NCBI GenBank assembly: GCA_018830585.1
Contig: JAHJSD010000024.1
Span: 1-40,440 of the forward strand
Length of the DNA: 40,440 bases
Direction: 5' to 3'
Origin: Patescibacteria group bacterium
GTDB taxonomy: Bacteria; Patescibacteriota; Microgenomatia; UBA12405; JAHJSD01
Position 1 is the stretch's first letter, and every line of letters starts with the position of its first letter. The notes below the pieces were generated by a model. It made no database searches. It was not told the DNA's origin and saw only the letters and a list, made by a program, of their open reading frames with translations. A program made the position numbers and the translations under genes. Shown one piece after another: positions 35,889-40,440 of this stretch.

Positions 35889-37336
35889 AATGTAAACTTG
35901 ATAAACAAATAGTTTTCCTTTTGTTTTTAAATTTACTTTTATTCCTGCCCAGTCTTTTTGAACCGATTTCCTACGGCGACGAATGTATTTATTTAACCTT
36001 AGGACAGGCACTAAGAAAGGGCTCGGTCTTCTACCGCGATATCCACGACAACAAGCCGCCGCTTCTTTATTTCTTAGCCGCCGCCAGCTTCGGCCGGCTG
36101 TCTTTACTGCGCGCCTTCAATCTGGTTTTTAACCTTTTCCACTTAGGTTTGGTTTATTACTTGGCCAAGAAATTGACCAAAAACCGGCTGGCTTCTTTTT
36201 TCGCGGGCTTATCTTTTACTATTCTTTACCTTCTTTTTGAAGGCAAAACCGCTAACGGGGAAATGTTTATGATGGTGCCGGCCACCTTGGCCGTTTACCT
36301 TCTTTTAGAAGACAAAAAAGCTAAAAATTTCCGGAAAAGCTGTCTAATAGGCTGTTTGTTCGCTATCGGGTTTCTATTTAAAATTCCGCTTGCTTTTGAT
36401 TTTGCCGGCATTATCTTCGCTTATTATTTCCTGCCGCTGAAAAAAATATCATTGGGAAATCTCAGAAAAGTTTTTGGTAACAGACAATTAATTGGCAATC
36501 TTTTAGGCTTTTCAATGCCGATTTTAGCCAGTATTGTTTATTACGCCGCCAAAGGCGCTTTTACTCCTTACGTCCGTTCCGCTCTTTTGCAAAACATCGG
36601 CTATCTTTCTTCCTGGCAGGGAAGCGGCTCCGATTTAATAATCAAATTCGGGCTGACGGCGGCCATTGCCTTAATTATCTTGGTTCTAAGAAAATCTATC
36701 TCTAAAAATTTTGCTTTTTTCGGTCTCTGGTTTGTCTTTGCTCTGTTCGGCGCCTTGCTTTCCGGCCGGCCCTATCCCCATTATTTGATCGAAACAGTGC
36801 CAAGCTTGTCGATTCTGATTGCTCTGGCCTGGTCCGAGAAAAAATTTAAAAACATCGCTATCACAACCGCCGCTTTCGGTCTGCTTTTGACCGGATATTC
36901 CTATTACCGATTCTGGTATTATCCGATTTTGCCCTACTACAAAAACTTTTTCCTTTTTGTCAGCGGCAGGATTAGTCAAAAACAATATCTCAGTTTTTGG
37001 GGAGAAAAAACGGCCAATGATTACCGCTTGGCCCGGCTGATTAAAGAGCATACTTTACCAACAGAGCCTGTTTTTATCTGGGGAGACGGAGCCTGCGCTT
37101 ACGCCATTGCCGACCGGCTGCCAACAGGCAAATATACCGTCAATTACCATATTTTCGACTTTAACGGCTTTGAAGAAACATTAAACTCAATCAAAGATAA
37201 AAAACCAAAAGTAATCGTAAAGCTCAACGGCGAAAAAACGGTCTGGCCGGAATTGAATCAGTTACTATTCAAAGACTACCGGCTTTTTCTCTATCCCGAA
37301 ATCTCCGACCGGGTCTTTCTGCTCAAACGAAATTGA
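35885..37336 (+). CDS. GT-C glycosyltransferase-like membrane protein; ATG 35885 coupled to the upstream stop
   Basis: YGDE.IY, YRDI.DNKPP, N.E.F, RPYPHY. Confidence 0.82.
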   Translation: MKCKLDKQIVFLLFLNLLLFLPSLFEPISYGDECIYLTLGQALRKGSVFYRDIHDNKPPLLYFLAAASFGRLSLLRAFNLVFNLFHLGLVYYLAKKLTKNRLASFFAGLSFTILYLLFEGKTANGEMFMMVPATLAVYLLLEDKKAKNFRKSCLIGCLFAIGFLFKIPLAFDFAGIIFAYYFLPLKKISLGNLRKVFGNRQLIGNLLGFSMPILASIVYYAAKGAFTPYVRSALLQNIGYLSSWQGSGSDLIIKFGLTAAIALIILVLRKSISKNFAFFGLWFVFALFGALLSGRPYPHYLIETVPSLSILIALAWSEKKFKNIAITTAAFGLLLTGYSYYRFWYYPILPYYKNFFLFVSGRISQKQYLSFWGEKTANDYRLARLIKEHTLPTEPVFIWGDGACAYAIADRLPTGKYTVNYHIFDFNGFEETLNSIKDKKPKVIVKLNGEKTVWPELNQLLFKDYRLFLYPEISDRVFLLKRN

Positions 37337-37382
37337 GGCAATTGAATACCTTAAATAAGCCTTAGATGATAAAATAGCTTCG

Positions 37383-38891
37383 ATGGAACGAGTTTGGAAT
37401 AGCCGCCGGTTTTATCGGTTTCTGGAAATGATTCCCGGGTTGCTTTCCTGGAATGTGATTCTTTTCCTTGTCTGGGGATCGCTGCTGATACCCAGGGTAG
37501 TTGCCTATTTCGTGATCGCCTTCCTGATCTTTTGGCTTTATCAGTCTTTCAAATCCGCTATCCTCAGTATTCAAGGATTCTGGCAAATAAAAAAAGCTCA
37601 GAAAATCAACTGGCGCCAAAGGTATCTTTCCGAAAAGAAAGACCAAAAAGGCTGGCTCAGCTGGAAAAAAATAAAACACATTATCATTATCCCCACCTAC
37701 AAGGAGCCTCTCAGCGTTTTATCTAAAAATTTAGATTGTCTATCCGGACAAAAAGGCGTTAGTTTTGAAAAACTAACCGTAGTTTTGGCCATGGAAAAAA
37801 GAGACCCGAATTGCCGATTAATCGCGGAAGAGGTTGTTGAAAAGTATCAAAACCGTTTCGGCAGGCTGGTGGTCACTTATCACCCTCCGGATATCACCGG
37901 AGAGATAAAAGGCAAGGCTTCAAATGAAGCTTGGGCTGCCAAAGAAATCAAAAAGATCTTGATCGACCGGGAGGGGGGCGACATAAATTATTTCACTATC
38001 ACCAGTTCCGATGCCGACACTTGCTTTCACCCCAAACACTTTTCCGCTCTCAGCTATTACTTCGCCAAAAACAGAAAAAGATACCTTAGATTCTGGCAAT
38101 CGCCGATCCTTTTTTACAACAACCTTGACCGGGTTCCGGCGCCGGTAAGAATTGTCAGCATTATCGGTAATATTATTCACATCGGCCAACTTAAAGACCC
38201 AAGCGGGCTCCTTTTTAACCAATCATCTTACTCGCTTTCACTTAAGCTATTAGATGAGGCCGGCTACTGGGATACCGACATCATACCCGAAGATTGGCAT
38301 TTATTTTTACAAGCCTTTTTTACTAAGGAAGGCAAGGTTGGGGTAGTGCCCATTTTTCTGCCTACCAATATGGATGCGCCGGAGGGGAAAACTCCGTTTG
38401 AAGCGATCAAAAACCGATACCTTCAATGCCAGCGCCACGCCTGGGGAGCGACCGACATTCCTTACACCATCATCCAGGCTAAAAAACACCCCGAGATACC
38501 GTTGGTTTTAAGACTGCTTAGGATTTATAAACTGCTTGAAGCTCATTTTATCTGGTCAACCAACTGGTTTATCCTATCCCTCGGAGCCTCCTTGCCGCCA
38601 ATATTAAACCCCAAGTTTTTCCAAACTTCTTTCGGCTACAATCTGCCTAAGTTTTCACAAACGATTTTGACCGTCTGCCTGCTGGCTTTATTGGTAATCA
38701 TAGTTTTGGATTGGAAACTGGACCCTAAAAAAAACAAAGGTCTTTCTTTTTTCAAAAAAATTATTTATCTGATCCAATGGTTTCTGATGCCGGTGGCGAC
38801 CTTATTTATGTCTGTCTTGCCGGGACTGCACGCGCAAACCAAACTTCTTTTCGGAAAACGCTTAGAATACTTAGTTACTAAAAAATATTAA
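37383..38891 (+). CDS. GT2-family membrane glycosyltransferase (cellulose-synthase-like)
   Basis: IIPTYKE, GKASN, DAD, PEDW, QCQRHAWG; flanking TMs. Confidence 0.85.
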   Translation: MERVWNSRRFYRFLEMIPGLLSWNVILFLVWGSLLIPRVVAYFVIAFLIFWLYQSFKSAILSIQGFWQIKKAQKINWRQRYLSEKKDQKGWLSWKKIKHIIIIPTYKEPLSVLSKNLDCLSGQKGVSFEKLTVVLAMEKRDPNCRLIAEEVVEKYQNRFGRLVVTYHPPDITGEIKGKASNEAWAAKEIKKILIDREGGDINYFTITSSDADTCFHPKHFSALSYYFAKNRKRYLRFWQSPILFYNNLDRVPAPVRIVSIIGNIIHIGQLKDPSGLLFNQSSYSLSLKLLDEAGYWDTDIIPEDWHLFLQAFFTKEGKVGVVPIFLPTNMDAPEGKTPFEAIKNRYLQCQRHAWGATDIPYTIIQAKKHPEIPLVLRLLRIYKLLEAHFIWSTNWFILSLGASLPPILNPKFFQTSFGYNLPKFSQTILTVCLLALLVIIVLDWKLDPKKNKGLSFFKKIIYLIQWFLMPVATLFMSVLPGLHAQTKLLFGKRLEYLVTKKY

Positions 38892-38909
38892 TCCGGTAAA
38901 AACAAAATC

Positions 38910-39311
38910 ATGGAAAAAACATCACTGGCAAAAACCTTACGGTACGGACTGCTTTCCTCTTTGGCAAATTTAGGCAGTCTCTGGATAGTAAAAACTATCC
39001 GTCACTCGATCGAAACCTGTTTAGTGCTGATAATTCTTCAGATCGGCGCAATTTGGCTTTCCTACCCAAATCTGCCAAGCGAGGTGCCTCTTTACTACAG
39101 TCTGCCTTGGGGCAGAGCCCAATTGGTTCCATCTTCGTCACTCTTTTATCTGCCCGGTTTATCGTTAGCGGTTCTGACCATCAACATAATTTTGGCCCTG
39201 CCTTTTATTAAATCGGAAAAGTTTTTAAGCATTTGCCTCCTTTGGACCAGCGGTTTATTTTCTCTTTTTTGTTTGATTACCTTGGCCAAAATTATTATTT
39301 TAATCAGCTAA
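38910..39311 (+). CDS. Small membrane protein (DUF1648-like)
   Basis: LP.EVPLYYS.PWG..QL between TMs. Confidence 0.65.
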   Translation: MEKTSLAKTLRYGLLSSLANLGSLWIVKTIRHSIETCLVLIILQIGAIWLSYPNLPSEVPLYYSLPWGRAQLVPSSSLFYLPGLSLAVLTINIILALPFIKSEKFLSICLLWTSGLFSLFCLITLAKIIILIS

Positions 39312-39313
39312 AA

Positions 39314-40366
39314 ATGCTTTCATTGCTAATTTTCCCCTGTCTGACTTCATTATTTCTCTCTTTGGTTATCACTCCGGTTGTGATCGCTGTTTTTAAAAAG
39401 AAAGGCTGGGTCGACAAATCAAAAAACAAAGAGCACCCAAAACACATCCACACTAAACCGGTGCCAAGAGGCGGCGGAATCAGCATCTTTCTGGCCGTGT
39501 TGGTAACCGCGCTTATTTTTTTAACTCCGGATAAACATCTTAAGGCGATTTTTTTTGCCGCGTCAATCACTTTACTGGTCGGGGTAGTTGATGACTTATT
39601 TAATATCAACCCTTATTTAAGAATTTTAACCAATTCAATCGCCGCCCTGATCATTATCAACTCCGGAATAAAAGTAGATTATCTAACCAATCCGTTCGGC
39701 GGCATTTTAGATTTAAAAAAATATTTAGGTCCGTTTTTCCTGCCGGATATTATTACTTTAGTCTGGATTCTCTGGTGCATTAACGTAGTTGGCTGGTCTG
39801 CCGGAGTAGACGGGCAACTGCCCGGTTTTGTTTCGATCACCGGCTTTGTTATCGGCCTGCTTAGCCTGCGCTTTTCACAGGATATTACCCAGTGGCCGGT
39901 GATTGTTTTAGCCGGAGCAGTCAGCGGGGCTTATTTAGGGTTTCTGCCTTTTAATTTTCACCCTCAAAAAATCATGCCCGGCTACAGCGGTAAAAGTTTG
40001 GCCGGGCTCTTAATTGCAATTTTAGCGATACTTTCCGGAGCCAAGCTTGCCACGGTAATCCTAACTTTGGGAATACCGATGTTGGACGGTCTTTGGGCGA
40101 TTATCAGAAGAACAACCCGGGGCAGAATGCCGGTTTGGGGCGACGCGGAGCACCTCCACCATCTTCTTTTAAAAGTCGGGGTTAATAAACCATTAATCGC
40201 GATAATCTACTGGCTTTTTTCGGCAACTTTAGGCGCGATAGTGCTTCAACTAAACAGCAAGCAAAAAATCTGGGCTCTGCTTATGGTCGCCACCGGGTTT
40301 ATCGCCTTAGTGCTTAATTTGAAAAAGCTGATCAGAAAGAAATGTCACTCGAATTTTTCCGCGTAA
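39314..40366 (+). CDS. WecA/TagO/MraY-family polyprenyl-phosphate sugar-1-phosphate transferase-like protein
   Basis: H..PVPRGGG, GVVDD, GFL.FNF.P.KI, D..HLHH; ATG 39314 follows the upstream stop. Confidence 0.88.
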   Translation: MLSLLIFPCLTSLFLSLVITPVVIAVFKKKGWVDKSKNKEHPKHIHTKPVPRGGGISIFLAVLVTALIFLTPDKHLKAIFFAASITLLVGVVDDLFNINPYLRILTNSIAALIIINSGIKVDYLTNPFGGILDLKKYLGPFFLPDIITLVWILWCINVVGWSAGVDGQLPGFVSITGFVIGLLSLRFSQDITQWPVIVLAGAVSGAYLGFLPFNFHPQKIMPGYSGKSLAGLLIAILAILSGAKLATVILTLGIPMLDGLWAIIRRTTRGRMPVWGDAEHLHHLLLKVGVNKPLIAIIYWLFSATLGAIVLQLNSKQKIWALLMVATGFIALVLNLKKLIRKKCHSNFSA

Positions 40367-40440
40367 AGACCGGAGATCCAACCCTCTTTCTTTTCCTGGT
40401 AAAGGATTTTATACCAGCCGGACTCCTCGTCTAACAGAGG

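Noticed and set aside
1..40440. Alternative genetic code (TGA=Gly)
   Set aside because: Conserved genes such as metG and rpsT end at TGA at the expected length, and long ORFs are intact in code 11

Overview
Bacterial chromosomal window, genetic code 11 (TGA used as stop). Gene content and style suggest a Patescibacteria/CPR genome, probably Microgenomates-like (inference). Housekeeping genes: tRNA-Lys(CTT), a PurF-like protein lacking Cys1, obg, a FemX/FemAB-type aminoacyltransferase, a PcrA/UvrD helicase, family-4 UDG, murJ, rpsT and metG. A large cell-envelope block holds a YYY/DUF2298 membrane protein, four GT-C-type glycosyltransferases, a UbiA-type prenyl-phosphate phosphoribosyltransferase, GT2, a WecA-like protein, three Pro/Thr-rich surface proteins and pilN/pilO-like genes. 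The non-coding DNA is unusually rich. It has an IS630 inactivated by an 8-bp duplication plus a cognate 112-bp MITE, and a complete type III hammerhead ribozyme. IS200/IS605-like miniature palindromic elements occur, two of them in-frame inside genes. There are several families of nested palindromic micro-repeats, a tRNA with both ends duplicated around a covarying hairpin, and a synonymously diverged second copy of the metG 3' end bracketing orphan ORFs. Many genes look leaderless. All calls come from reading the sequence by eye; no searches or folding programs were run.
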